Assembly: GCA_965116885.1 (NCBI GenBank) | Contig: OZ220741.1 | Coordinates: 5,472,001-5,536,000 of the forward strand | Reading direction: 5' to 3' | From: Candidatus Latescibacterota bacterium | GTDB lineage: Bacteria; Latescibacterota; UBA2968 | DNA: 64,000 bases | In this document: positions 30,874-40,668 of the stretch, in pieces | Position numbering within the stretch: position 1 is the first letter of the stretch | How the letters are laid out: each line of letters starts with the position of its first letter | Translations under genes and position numbers: made by a program | The notes under the pieces: model-generated | What the model saw: the letters and a program-made list of their open reading frames with translations, nothing else | Database searches by the model: none | Told to the model about the DNA's origin: nothing

Positions 30874-31713
30874 ATACAGAGCATAATCAAAGGCATTCTT
30901 TTTACAGTCTTATTGGGACTTTTCGCGGTTGCATCTGCCCAACTGCCGCACACCGGGGATAGTGCGCCTTCACCTGGAGAAACTTTTCAAGATTGTGCTG
31001 AATGTCCAAAGATGGTGGTGATACCATCGGGATCGTTCAGGATGGGATCACCCGCGCGTGAGAGGGGTGATGCTAATGAAAGGCCGTTGCATAGGGTACG
31101 TATAGATTACCGGTTTGCGGTGGGGGTATATGAGGTAACATTTGACGAATGGTATGCTTGTCTGGATGCAGGAGGTTGTGGAAACTATCTTCCGGATATT
31201 CCAGATAATAGCTGGGACCGCGAGAATCGTCCTGTGATCAATGTGAGTTGGGACGATGCACAGTCTTATGTTAGTTGGTTGTCAGACCGGACGGGTAAAA
31301 CGTATCGTTTATTGAGTGAATCGGAATGGGAGTATGTGGCGCGTGCTGGTTCAACGACGAAGTATAGCTGGGGAGACAGCATCGGTGTCAACCGTGTCAA
31401 TTGTGTCGCTTGCGGCGATCAGTGGGGTAGTAAGACAGCGCCAGCGGGATCGTTCGCGGCCAATGCTTGGGGCGTTCACGATATGCACGGGAATGTAATG
31501 GAATGGGTACAGGACTGTAGGAACGACAGTTATGAAGGTGCGCCTACTGATGGAAGTGCCTGGCTATCTGGAGACTGCGACAGGCGCATGTTTCGTGGTG
31601 GTTCGTGGTGCCTCGCTCCGAGTTACTTGCGCTCTGCAGAACGCTACGGGATCTCCACCGATGATCGGGAATTCGTCTGCGGACTCGGTTTTCGAGTTGC
31701 CCGGTCTTTTTAG
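30874..31713 (+). CDS. FGE-sulfatase (CLec-fold) domain protein 2; signal peptide begins at an in-frame ATA (probable mutated ATG)
   Basis: Same motifs as protein 1; AAGGAAGG RBS 6 nt before ATA-CAG-AGC (xQSIIKGILFTVLLGLFAVASA). Confidence 0.8.
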   Translation: MQSIIKGILFTVLLGLFAVASAQLPHTGDSAPSPGETFQDCAECPKMVVIPSGSFRMGSPARERGDANERPLHRVRIDYRFAVGVYEVTFDEWYACLDAGGCGNYLPDIPDNSWDRENRPVINVSWDDAQSYVSWLSDRTGKTYRLLSESEWEYVARAGSTTKYSWGDSIGVNRVNCVACGDQWGSKTAPAGSFAANAWGVHDMHGNVMEWVQDCRNDSYEGAPTDGSAWLSGDCDRRMFRGGSWCLAPSYLRSAERYGISTDDREFVCGLGFRVARSF

Positions 31714-31968
31714 CTCCTCTCATCTAACAGATGCCCAAATGCTTCAAGACTGGACACCTGAATCGCCGCTCGGTGCAACTGCTTGAGGCGTTGCAGATCG
31801 TCGATAGCGGCAATGCGAGCAGATATGGGGTGTGACTCAGACATATCAAATCTCTAACACTTCGAGGATATCTTCAAGCGTGCTTTTTCTTTCCCCTTGC
31901 TCAAAACTTTCCTCTCTGCTTTGTTGGGTAAGGTGTTGAAAAAGAGATGATTCGCGAATGAGATCCAT
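31710..31968 (-). pseudogene. frameshifted Rpn/YhgA-like C-terminal tail (RpnS-like)
   Basis: MDLIRESSLFQHLTQQSREESFEQGERKSTLEDILEVLE / ..SARIAAIDDLQRLKQLHRAAIQVSSLEAF; 5-nt deletion relative to the intact tail at 44175-44340. Confidence 0.65.
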
Positions 31969-31997
31969 GTGGGCTTCTCTTTGTAAAGTTTTTATAC

Positions 31998-32186
31998 TCA
32001 CTGACCGTTTGTTGTATTCCCATTTTGATCTTCTAAGGCAGTGCGTATGGCTTCTATGTCAATATCCGGATGCATTTTTTTAACGATAGCAATGGTTTCC
32101 TCATGTCCTTTTCTTTGCCCATCCTGGAAGCGTTTTTCAAGATACCTTTCAGTCTCAGCACGGATTTTTTGAACTGGGACGATCAT
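31998..32186 (-). pseudogene. truncated homologue of 44173-44721 with a different C-terminus
   Basis: MIVPVQKIRAETERYLEKRFQDG is identical in both; upstream TM-coding part deleted. Confidence 0.65.
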
Positions 32187-32418
32187 GAGATTTACCCCCT
32201 CTATAATGAAGAATGCTAATATGCCCTTAAATATGCTGTATTGCGCAGTTGTTCACAACTTGAATTTGTGGATTGCCTGTTAAAGCGGAGATGGAGCAGA
32301 ACAGATGTTGGTGTATATTTTGAGCGACGAATGAGAGGTATGGTGAAAGATATGTACTTCTGTATTATACACTAAAGCGGGGTAATTCCAATGGCCGAGT
32401 ACCAGGTGGGAAAAGATC

Positions 32419-32934
32419 CTACAACCGCCGAGATAGTCGCCTTATGCGCTGGCGCGTTTCATGAGAAGGTAGGAACACCAGTTCATCTTCAAGAAAAAGC
32501 TGTAACGCATTATACAGAACCTCAACCGGCACGACCCCCTGGGTTTCCATCTCGTCTGTGGTCCAGAGTACGCCATGGACCTCAATTCCTTTCTCCTCTG
32601 CTATTCTCCGCAAGAGACCATCACCCGTCAACAGGATGCAGTCCTCGATTTGTTCAGCCAGTACCAGCGCAAAGCAATCATTGAGCGCGAGCCTGGCATA
32701 TTGATTGAAATACCGGGCGGCGTGCTGTACGAGGGGTCCCGGCAATGTGTGTACTTCAAGTCCCAGATCGAGCAAGGCTCTTTTTTCGTCCGCGCTCAAA
32801 CCCAGCCATTCATTCTCGAAAAGAGTATCGGGCATTACAAATGAATAGGGGAGTTGCAACATCGCTTCGAGAAGACCGCCCTTCCTCAGATCGATCATAC
32901 AACTCGTATCGCTAACTACTGTCTGCATTGCCAC
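32419..32934 (-). CDS. PIN-like nuclease domain protein (DUF3368-like), putative toxin
   Basis: VVSDTSCMIDL, LALNDCFALVLA, LLTGDGLLR, VHGVLW acidic PIN pattern. Confidence 0.75.
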   Translation of the reverse strand: MAMQTVVSDTSCMIDLRKGGLLEAMLQLPYSFVMPDTLFENEWLGLSADEKRALLDLGLEVHTLPGPLVQHAARYFNQYARLALNDCFALVLAEQIEDCILLTGDGLLRRIAEEKGIEVHGVLWTTDEMETQGVVPVEVLYNALQLFLEDELVFLPSHETRQRIRRLSRRL

Positions 32935-33988
32935 TGGCAGGTCCTTTCAGCCCTTTTTCGATGTCTGCCAATGGCTTTTGCAACAACTCGCAAGCTTTTC
33001 CTGGATCGATGAGTTTCTCGGCAAGTGCCCAATAACAAAGCCTCTCAAATCGCTGCGGCACTTCGTGATTTCCTTTCAACAATTCCGGTTCGCGCTTCCG
33101 CCAGCCGCGCGCAAACGTCCGGAACGCATAGTCGAAAGTCGATTGATTGATGATGCCGACCTGCCTGAGACGGACCAAAAGCGTTGCCGCGCTTACCCGG
33201 TATATGCGCTTGATCTGGATCAATTCCCGATAACAGAGGGCCTTTCTCTGTTCGCCTATTGCGCGCATCAGATGATCTTTAGGCATCAGAAAAGCTCCAG
33301 CGAAGATGTCTGACGCCTTTTCACGATTGACAGGCGAGGTTTTATCGATTAGCTGGTGTGCAAGTTCGTGGGCGAGGGCAAACCGCCGCCTTTCCTGCGA
33401 GGCCTCCGCGTTTACAACAATAACCGGTATCCTAATCTTTTGCTGCGACCTGTACACAAAACAGGTGAGTCCCGAGACGCGATCGGGCAGGGGCATCATG
33501 AGCACCTTGATGCCTCGATCCTCCAGCAAAGCGGTCATATTGGGGATGGGATCAACTCCCAGTTGCCATTTTTGGCGCAGATTCTGTGCCAGAACTTCAC
33601 TGTCTTCCTCGCGTTCCAGCCACCGTTTACCCAATCGGGGAGCCTTCGAGGTCCCACTATCGCCTGAGAGTATCTCTTCAATGGCAAAGTAGCGTTGCAG
33701 GCTGTCAATGACCGCCGCCTCAACGCGTGCTCGATTACCGGCACTCATGCCCGGGTGCTTGCGAAACTCGGGGATTTTGAGGGCTTCGACGCGTTCGCTG
33801 AGCAGATAGTCCAGTGAAACGCCGAGCACGCTGGCGAGATGAATCAGTACGCTGGAGCGCGGCATCATTTCTCCGCGTTCATATTTTCCAATGGCCTGCG
33901 CAGTCACTTCACCGTCCAGCGCGTAGGAGAGACCGCGCAGTGAATAACCGGCCTTTTTTCGGGCGAGTTGCAAGTGCTTTCCAAACAT
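32912..33988 (-). CDS. XRE-type HTH fused to an ImmA/IrrE (M78) metallopeptidase
   Basis: N-terminal HTH_3 (ARKKAGYSLRGL..IGKYERG); RRFALAHELAH HExxH; FAGAFLMP. Confidence 0.9.
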   Translation of the reverse strand: MFGKHLQLARKKAGYSLRGLSYALDGEVTAQAIGKYERGEMMPRSSVLIHLASVLGVSLDYLLSERVEALKIPEFRKHPGMSAGNRARVEAAVIDSLQRYFAIEEILSGDSGTSKAPRLGKRWLEREEDSEVLAQNLRQKWQLGVDPIPNMTALLEDRGIKVLMMPLPDRVSGLTCFVYRSQQKIRIPVIVVNAEASQERRRFALAHELAHQLIDKTSPVNREKASDIFAGAFLMPKDHLMRAIGEQRKALCYRELIQIKRIYRVSAATLLVRLRQVGIINQSTFDYAFRTFARGWRKREPELLKGNHEVPQRFERLCYWALAEKLIDPGKACELLQKPLADIEKGLKGPASGNADSS

Positions 33989-34008
33989 GTAATTCCTCAG
34001 CCTTGTGG

Positions 34009-34042
34009 TTTACAATTTTCTATTTTATATTCAAAATGTAAA
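34009..34042. promoter_or_regulatory. inverted repeat upstream of HTH-ImmA gene, candidate autoregulatory operator
   Basis: TTTACAATTTT ... AAAATGTAAA. Confidence 0.4.
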
Positions 34043-34106
34043 TATAAATGTTGCGTTGCACAACCAAAAATCAGGAGGTTAAAATTGGAGAAAGAGATGG
34101 AACAAC

Positions 34107-34236
34107 TAGCTGGGGTGACAGCGTAGGTGTCAACCGTGCCAATTGCGTTGGTTGCGGCAGTGCGTGGGATGGTGAGCAGACAGTGCCAGTGGGCTCATTC
34201 GAGGCCAATGGTTGGGGCTTTACGACATGCACGGCA
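34107..34236 (+). pseudogene. internal fragment of a fifth FGE-domain gene
   Basis: SWGDSVGVNRANCVGCGSAWDGEQTVPVGSFEANGWG, then frameshifted YDMHG. Confidence 0.8.
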
Positions 34237-34287
34237 GCGCGCGTATGGCATCTATGTCAATATGGTGAAAGAAATGTTCCCTGGATC

Positions 34288-36714
34288 TCACTCACTTCGC
34301 AGGGAATCCACAGGATTAGCGCCCGCAGTTCTGACTGCCTGCCACCCCACCGTCATCAGAGCGATGATCAGCGTCAACACCCCACTCAAAATGAAAAACC
34401 CGATACTCAGGTCAATGCGATAGGCGAAGTTGTGGAGCCAGCCGCTCATCGCGTAATAAGCGACGGGCCAGGCAAGGAGATTTGCCAGAACAACGGGCTT
34501 TACAAAATCCTTTGTAAACAGCAGCACAATATTCGCGACGGATGCCCCCAGCACCTTCCGAATCCCCACCTCCTTCGTCCGCTGTTCCGCTATATAAGAA
34601 GCCAGACCAAACAGACCAAGACAGGCGATACAAATAGCCAGCGCCGTCAAACCGCCAAGCATCTTGCCGCGCTGTTCATCTGCGCGATACTGGCGTTCAA
34701 AATAATCGTCCAAAAATGCGTATTCAAATGGAGAATAGGGAACATAGGACTCCCACTTCTCTTTCAAAAAACTCAGCGCATCCGAACTCCGATTGGGACG
34801 AACCCTGACCAAAAAATAATAACCGCCACTCGGCGAAATATGCAAGAACATCGGTTCAATCTGCTGATAAAGAGATTGAACGTGAAAATCCTTCACCACG
34901 CCTATGACAGTACGAGGACGGCTCTCCCGAAAGGTCAACACCAATTCCTTACCAAGAGCTTCTTTGGGCGAACCCCAGCCAAAATGCACGACCGCTGTTT
35001 CGTTTACAACAACCGCGTCAGATTCGTCGGTCGAAAAATCTTTTGAAAAATCCCTCCCCTCGACTATCTCGATTCCAAGCGTCTTTATAAAATCGTGATC
35101 GACCGCATAGCCCGGCACCTGCATTTCACCCTGAACGCCTTCCGGATGCACTGGCCGTCTGCGAAGAGGAAATCCCGTTGACCGCGTTGGCACAGGTACA
35201 CGAGATGATAGCGTGCAACTCAGGAGATCGGGACTCTGCAAAAAGTCAGCCTTGATCGCCTCGTATTTTGCACGGAGATCTCGATGTCTGAAAAGCGGCA
35301 GAGAAATAACATTCGCCCTTTCAAACCCCAGATCCTTGTCTTTCACATACGCCATTTGCGAATAAATAACGCTCGTACCTGTAATCAGCGCGATTGAAAT
35401 GGCAAATTGGACAACCACGAGCAATTGCCTGATGCGCGAAGTCTGCAAACCCGCATGCCGCACGCCCTTTAACACCGTCACAGGTTGAAATGCAGAAAGA
35501 AAAAACGCCGGATAACTCCCGGCAACAATACCCGTAACAAGCGCGACACCTGCCAAACCCAATATTGCAGATATACTGGTGTATTCAACGACCAATTGCT
35601 GACCGATCAAACGATTAAAAAGCGGCAGTGAAAGTTCGACAAGAGAAACCGCAAACAAAAGCGCAATAAATGCCAGCAGTGCAGATTCACCTATAAATTG
35701 CCGGATCAATTGCAGGCGGTAAGCTCCGACAACCTTTCTTATACCCACCTCCTTCGCACGCGCAGCAGAACGCGCCGTGGAAAGATTCATAAAATTGATA
35801 CAGGCGATCAAGAGCACAAAGCAGGCGAGAGCGGAAAAGATATAGACGTGAACAATATCGCTATTCGGCTCGATCTCGTGACTCAAATGTGAGTAGAGGT
35901 GGATTCTCGTAAGGGGCTGTAAGAAGAATCTCACACCCATTCCACGCTCTGACAGCACCTCTCCCATGTATTTTTTCACAAACGTGGGAAATTTATCCTC
36001 AAGCTCCTGGGGCGAATATCCCTTCGGAAGAACCAGGTATGTATAGAGCAACGGATTTGACAGCCAATTCTTCAGAATAGCACTTGTCGCGCCTCTCTCA
36101 TGTAAACTCGCATACGAAGCCAGAATTTCGAATCTAAAATGAGAATTGCGCGGAATTTCCCGTATAATCCCCGTCACCGTGTAATGGTTTTGCACGACAG
36201 GTGTTACAAATGTGAGAACCTGACCCATAGGATCTTTTGTGCCAAAGTACTTGCGTGCCGCTCTCTCGGTAAGCACGACAGAATAGGGTGACTGAAGAGC
36301 CGTATGCCGGTCTCCCTTAATTAAGGGAAAATCAAAAACCTCCAAAACCGATGCATCTCCAAAAAGGATAGACTCTTGAAAGCGGTTATTCTCATGAAAG
36401 ATCACAGATGACCCACGTATGAACCTGGCGGCCTGGACAACCTCGGGAAATTCGGCGCGCAAAGCCGGAGCCAATGGAGGAGGAGAAGTCGCCGTTGGCA
36501 TAACCTGTCCATCTGTGGCTATTCGCTCCTGTGCAACCCTGTAAATCCGATCTGCTTTTTCATGGTACGTATCATAACTGAGTTCAAAGCGGACAAAACT
36601 CAAAATCAAGACACAGGTAGCTATGCCAATCGCCAATCCCGCTATGTTGACAAATGAATAAACCTTTTGCCGAAACAGATTGCGAAAAGCAACTGTCAGA
36701 TAATTTCTTAACAT
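34288..36714 (-). CDS. ABC transporter permease, duplicated MacB_PCD/FtsX type
   Basis: MLRNYLTVAFRNL, ACINFMNLSTARS..RAKEVGIRKV.GA, EQRTKEVGIRKVLGAS, NPVDSLRSE. Confidence 0.93.
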   Translation of the reverse strand: MLRNYLTVAFRNLFRQKVYSFVNIAGLAIGIATCVLILSFVRFELSYDTYHEKADRIYRVAQERIATDGQVMPTATSPPPLAPALRAEFPEVVQAARFIRGSSVIFHENNRFQESILFGDASVLEVFDFPLIKGDRHTALQSPYSVVLTERAARKYFGTKDPMGQVLTFVTPVVQNHYTVTGIIREIPRNSHFRFEILASYASLHERGATSAILKNWLSNPLLYTYLVLPKGYSPQELEDKFPTFVKKYMGEVLSERGMGVRFFLQPLTRIHLYSHLSHEIEPNSDIVHVYIFSALACFVLLIACINFMNLSTARSAARAKEVGIRKVVGAYRLQLIRQFIGESALLAFIALLFAVSLVELSLPLFNRLIGQQLVVEYTSISAILGLAGVALVTGIVAGSYPAFFLSAFQPVTVLKGVRHAGLQTSRIRQLLVVVQFAISIALITGTSVIYSQMAYVKDKDLGFERANVISLPLFRHRDLRAKYEAIKADFLQSPDLLSCTLSSRVPVPTRSTGFPLRRRPVHPEGVQGEMQVPGYAVDHDFIKTLGIEIVEGRDFSKDFSTDESDAVVVNETAVVHFGWGSPKEALGKELVLTFRESRPRTVIGVVKDFHVQSLYQQIEPMFLHISPSGGYYFLVRVRPNRSSDALSFLKEKWESYVPYSPFEYAFLDDYFERQYRADEQRGKMLGGLTALAICIACLGLFGLASYIAEQRTKEVGIRKVLGASVANIVLLFTKDFVKPVVLANLLAWPVAYYAMSGWLHNFAYRIDLSIGFFILSGVLTLIIALMTVGWQAVRTAGANPVDSLRSE

Positions 36715-36998
36715 GGCCTCCCCTTTTTAAAATTGAATCAGCCTCCTCAATATAGATTTAGACAAGATGTTTTTTTTAAGGTTTCTAAAAAATCTTCACA
36801 TCCAGACCACCAATATCGGGCAGCAATCGCCCCGTTTTACCCCGCTTGACATTGGACATCAACGTAGTATTTTCTTACACAAAGATATTATCAAATGTTG
36901 TGGATGGCGTCGCGCGCATCATTAGAATTAAAGCGTGAACGAGCCTGGACCAGTTGTATCCCATCCCCAATGCAGGCGCGTGATAATAAGGGTTTTTT

Positions 36999-39900
36999 AT
37001 GATCAGATCACTTGACCGCAAAGGCATCTGGCAGACTTATTCTATGGCCGATGGTCTGGCTGGAGTACGCATTGAACACATCGCCGAAGATAGCGAAGGT
37101 TATCTCTGGTTCGCCACATGGGACAACGGTGTTAGTCGCTTCGATGGAGACGAGTTTCAGAATTTTACCAAACAGAATGGTCTTGTTAACGACCACGTTT
37201 ATTTTATTTCAAAGGACAGTCAGAAGCGGTTGTGGTTCGGTACATTAAGTGGTGTCTGCTGGTATGACGGATCAGAGTTCCGCCATTTGGAAGATACCGG
37301 GATCGCACGCCGACCTGTCCAGTTCATCTACGAAGATAATGAAGGGCGTATATGGTGTGGCGGTCACAGGACCCTGGGATATTACGACGGTACTGTGTTC
37401 CGAGACATGATTCCGCTCTACCTTCAGCAGTATCAGGAACCACCTTCTCCTGAGTGGCCCAACCAGTGCCGGGGCATTGTCGAGGACCCAGAAGGCCACA
37501 TGTGGTTTGGCTTTAACTACCTCATCCGTTTCGATGGTCAATCCTTCCACCGCTATGAAGAGAAAGAGGGGTTTCCGCGAGGCAAGATAAACTATGCTGT
37601 GGGGCAGGACAATACCGGTAAGGTGTGGGTGGGGCAGCACGAAAGCAAAAACGAACTCTGGTGCTATACCCATGGCACCTTTGAGCCGGTTGAGATAAAT
37701 TTGGGTAGCCCACTGCGCAAAATCCAGTGTGACCGGGAAGGCCGAATGTGGTTCTGCACTTCAGAAGGGGGATTGTATCAGGACGGTGACGGGTTCAGCA
37801 GGTTTACTCCTGCCGATGGCCTGCCCCATCCCGCAGTCAAAGCCGTATTACAGGATCGAGATCATCAGTATTGGTTTGCCACCTGGGGTGGCGTCGGGCT
37901 TTACGATGCACATAGTATCAGCGTTTTCGACTTCAGCTCAAGGGGTTCTAAAAGAGTGAGCGAGATCTCCCACATCGCACAAGATCGGCGAGGTGATATG
38001 TGGGTCGGGTATGTAGCTCCCGCTCTCAACCGGCTGGAGAAAAGCGTTTTTCGCTTTGATGGCGAGGACTTTGACTTTGTAGGCACTGAGGATGGCTTTG
38101 ATATCGACAACTGTTTCGCTATCTACGAGGACTGCGATGGGGACCTGTGGTTTGGTGGCCACAATGGCTTATTCCGCTACAATGGGAAGAAAATAGAAAA
38201 AATGCAAACAATCGCAGGTTTAGGAAAAAGAAGTGTCAGTGCAATTACCCAGGACTCGCAAGGGCGATTCATTTTTGGCCATTGGGAAAGCAACAACATA
38301 ATCGAAAAAATAGATCTTCTTGTCAGTCCTTTGAAGATCATTTATCAGCGGGGTGAGCAGTTCCAAGCCATTTTTGTAGAAGATAAAAATAAGGATCCTT
38401 TCAGCTACATTGGTACTGTGATTACCGGGCGAGATGGCGAGGTCTATTTTCATCTCATTCACCAAAATTTTTCCGACAACGATAGGGGTTTCGCGCGCTG
38501 GCATCCAGAAGAGGGGCTCAAATTCTATGGAATTGAAGACGGACTGATAGACCACAGGGTCAATGATCTTCTCAAAGACCGCGATGGCAACTTGTGGATC
38601 GCTACTCAAAGAGGTCTCAGTTGCTTTGACGGCAGTACCTTCCACAATTTTACGACGAAAGATGGGCTGCCGAGCAATGCCATCCGTTGCTTATTCGAAG
38701 ATTCGCAAGGCCACCTCTGGCTTGGCACAGACGGGGGCGTAGTTCACTACGATGGCCAGCTTTTCCAGACCATCAAATCACCTCACATAGGACCCGTTCT
38801 TCAGATACTCGAAGATCGCGACGGGGCTTTCTGGTTCGGTACAGTCCAAAACACTGTGGTGCGCTACCGGCAACAAAAAAAATCGCCCCAGATTCACCTG
38901 ATTCAAGTTGTCGCCGGTCAGGTCTATGAGAACCTGCAGGAAGGCATCGTATCTACGATAGATCAAGATATAATTTTTGAATACAAGGGCCTGAGTTTTT
39001 CCACGCATCCCCGCGACATGCTCTATGTCTATCGCCTGAAGGATTATGATTCCGACTGGCAACCTGCAACTCGAAAGACGCGGGCCTACTACCGGAACTT
39101 GCCACCGGGAGACTACACCTTTCAGGTCAGGGCGATAGATCGCGATCTCAATTACTCGGAGACCGCACAGGCGCGACTTTCCGTAGAAATGGACCCGCGC
39201 ATCAGCGCGCTGACCTCCATAATCAACAGCACGGATGGCGTTGGCAAAGAATTTATCGGTGAGAGTGCGGCACTGCACGCGTTTCAAATCCAGCTTAGAC
39301 AGGTGGCATCTACTGATCTGTCGGTGCTGTTTAAGGGCGAGACGGGTGTGGGCAAGGGATTGGCTGCGCGGGTGTTACACGCGCTGAGTTCCAAGTGCGA
39401 TGGCCCTTTTATGCAGGTCAACTGCGGTGCCTTGCCAACAGCACTGATCGATAGTGAACTCTTTGGTCACGAGAGGGGCGCATTTACCAGCGCAGTGTCT
39501 CGCAGGCTGGGCAAGGTAGAACTGGCTAAGGGCGGCACGCTCTTTTTGGACGAAGTCGGCGACATGAGCCTGGAAACGCAAGCCAGGATGTTGCGCTTGC
39601 TGGAAGAGGGCACGTTTGAGCGCGTTGGAGGCAGCGAGACGCTATCGATACAGGCGCGGATTGTAGCAGCGACCAATCGCGACCTTGAAGAGATGGTCAA
39701 TGCAGGTACTTTCCGCGAGGATCTCTATTATCGCATCAATGCCTTTCCAATGTCTTTACCGCCCCTGCGCGAGCGCAAGGAGGATATCCCAGACCTTGCC
39801 GAGCTTTTCAAGACTCGCATGGCCACACATCTGGACAAGCAAATCGAGCCTCTGGCGGTAGAGGTGATAGAAGTGCTGCAAGCCTACGATTGGCCAGGCA

Positions 39901-40178
39901 ATGTACGAGAACTGGAACACACGATAAACCGCGCCGTCATCGTGTGTCAAGATTCTCAAATTGAAGTTGCGGACATCGGCCTGATAAACAGTAGCCCTCC
40001 TGTTTCTCCAGACAGCGAAATCGTGCCAATGGCTGAATTTGAACGCGATTATATTCTCAAAGCACTCAAAGCGACCAACTGGAAAATAAGGGGAACCGAA
40101 GGCGCGGCGACACTGCTGCAATTACCGCCTTCTACCCTGTATGGCAAAATGAGAAAACTGGGGATCAAGCGTCCCTGA
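36999..40178 (+). CDS. sigma54-dependent activator with N-terminal Reg_prop beta-propellers and Y_Y_Y domain, AAA+ domain and Fis-type HTH
   Basis: Repeated DGL...V..I.ED..G.LW.T..G; YRL.DYD..W...Y.NLPPGDYTFQVRA; GETGVGK, ELFGHERGAFTSA, FLDEVGD, WPGNVREL; HTH. Confidence 0.92.
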   Translation: MIRSLDRKGIWQTYSMADGLAGVRIEHIAEDSEGYLWFATWDNGVSRFDGDEFQNFTKQNGLVNDHVYFISKDSQKRLWFGTLSGVCWYDGSEFRHLEDTGIARRPVQFIYEDNEGRIWCGGHRTLGYYDGTVFRDMIPLYLQQYQEPPSPEWPNQCRGIVEDPEGHMWFGFNYLIRFDGQSFHRYEEKEGFPRGKINYAVGQDNTGKVWVGQHESKNELWCYTHGTFEPVEINLGSPLRKIQCDREGRMWFCTSEGGLYQDGDGFSRFTPADGLPHPAVKAVLQDRDHQYWFATWGGVGLYDAHSISVFDFSSRGSKRVSEISHIAQDRRGDMWVGYVAPALNRLEKSVFRFDGEDFDFVGTEDGFDIDNCFAIYEDCDGDLWFGGHNGLFRYNGKKIEKMQTIAGLGKRSVSAITQDSQGRFIFGHWESNNIIEKIDLLVSPLKIIYQRGEQFQAIFVEDKNKDPFSYIGTVITGRDGEVYFHLIHQNFSDNDRGFARWHPEEGLKFYGIEDGLIDHRVNDLLKDRDGNLWIATQRGLSCFDGSTFHNFTTKDGLPSNAIRCLFEDSQGHLWLGTDGGVVHYDGQLFQTIKSPHIGPVLQILEDRDGAFWFGTVQNTVVRYRQQKKSPQIHLIQVVAGQVYENLQEGIVSTIDQDIIFEYKGLSFSTHPRDMLYVYRLKDYDSDWQPATRKTRAYYRNLPPGDYTFQVRAIDRDLNYSETAQARLSVEMDPRISALTSIINSTDGVGKEFIGESAALHAFQIQLRQVASTDLSVLFKGETGVGKGLAARVLHALSSKCDGPFMQVNCGALPTALIDSELFGHERGAFTSAVSRRLGKVELAKGGTLFLDEVGDMSLETQARMLRLLEEGTFERVGGSETLSIQARIVAATNRDLEEMVNAGTFREDLYYRINAFPMSLPPLRERKEDIPDLAELFKTRMATHLDKQIEPLAVEVIEVLQAYDWPGNVRELEHTINRAVIVCQDSQIEVADIGLINSSPPVSPDSEIVPMAEFERDYILKALKATNWKIRGTEGAATLLQLPPSTLYGKMRKLGIKRP

Positions 40179-40184
40179 TTACCG

Positions 40185-40288
40185 TCCGTATATGGATTAT
40201 AGTCCATATATGGATGTTTATATATAACTATTTATTAATCAATAACATAAGAGCCAGTCTGAATTTTTTTGAACCATATACGGTTCAA
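40185..40288. promoter_or_regulatory. three CCRTATAYGG dyads, candidate binding sites for the adjacent activator
   Basis: TCCGTATATGGA (40185), TCCATATATGGA (40203), TTGAACCATATACGGTTCAA (40269), 100-200 bp upstream of the -24 box. Confidence 0.65.
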
Positions 40289-40385
40289 AGGACATAAAAT
40301 TCGGGCTGGTTTTTTTTGTTGGTATAGAAATTTTATCTCAAATAAAAATAACATCTTATGAGTATTTATTTGGATTCCATTCACG

Positions 40386-40402
40386 TTGGCACGCTTTTTG
40401 CA
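40386..40402 (+). promoter_or_regulatory. sigma54 promoter (copy 2)
   Basis: TTGGCACGCTTTTTGCA matches the consensus. Confidence 0.88.
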
Positions 40403-40668
40403 CTATATCTAAACATTTAATGCCATAAAGGAGAAGATTGAAACCCAGGCCCTGAATGCCTCACTTAGAGAACTTGCCGGGCGAATCACCCCCGACTAGC
40501 CCGGCCCAGGGCGATAGATGAGATTTTAGGCATAATTCTATCGCCCCTCTGCATTTTCAATGCCATATCAGCGCATTTCACTTCTTCAAGTATGCGCCGT
40601 GTGGCTTTATCAGTAGATCCACCAACATCGCGTGTGAGTCGAAGAACAAGCATATAAAGGAGGCATCT

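Larger units (their letters stand above)
40146..40427 (+). repeat. ~280-bp direct repeat (copy 2, in native context)
   Basis: Matches 29262-29542. Confidence 0.93.

Noticed and set aside
32375..32390. 16-mer AAGCGGGGTAAYTCCA shared with 42894-42909 as a possible recombination site
   Set aside because: Too short, with only two copies, to call a site.
34048..35046. 332-aa ORF
   Set aside because: Chimera of the FGE fragment and the antisense strand of the ABC permease.
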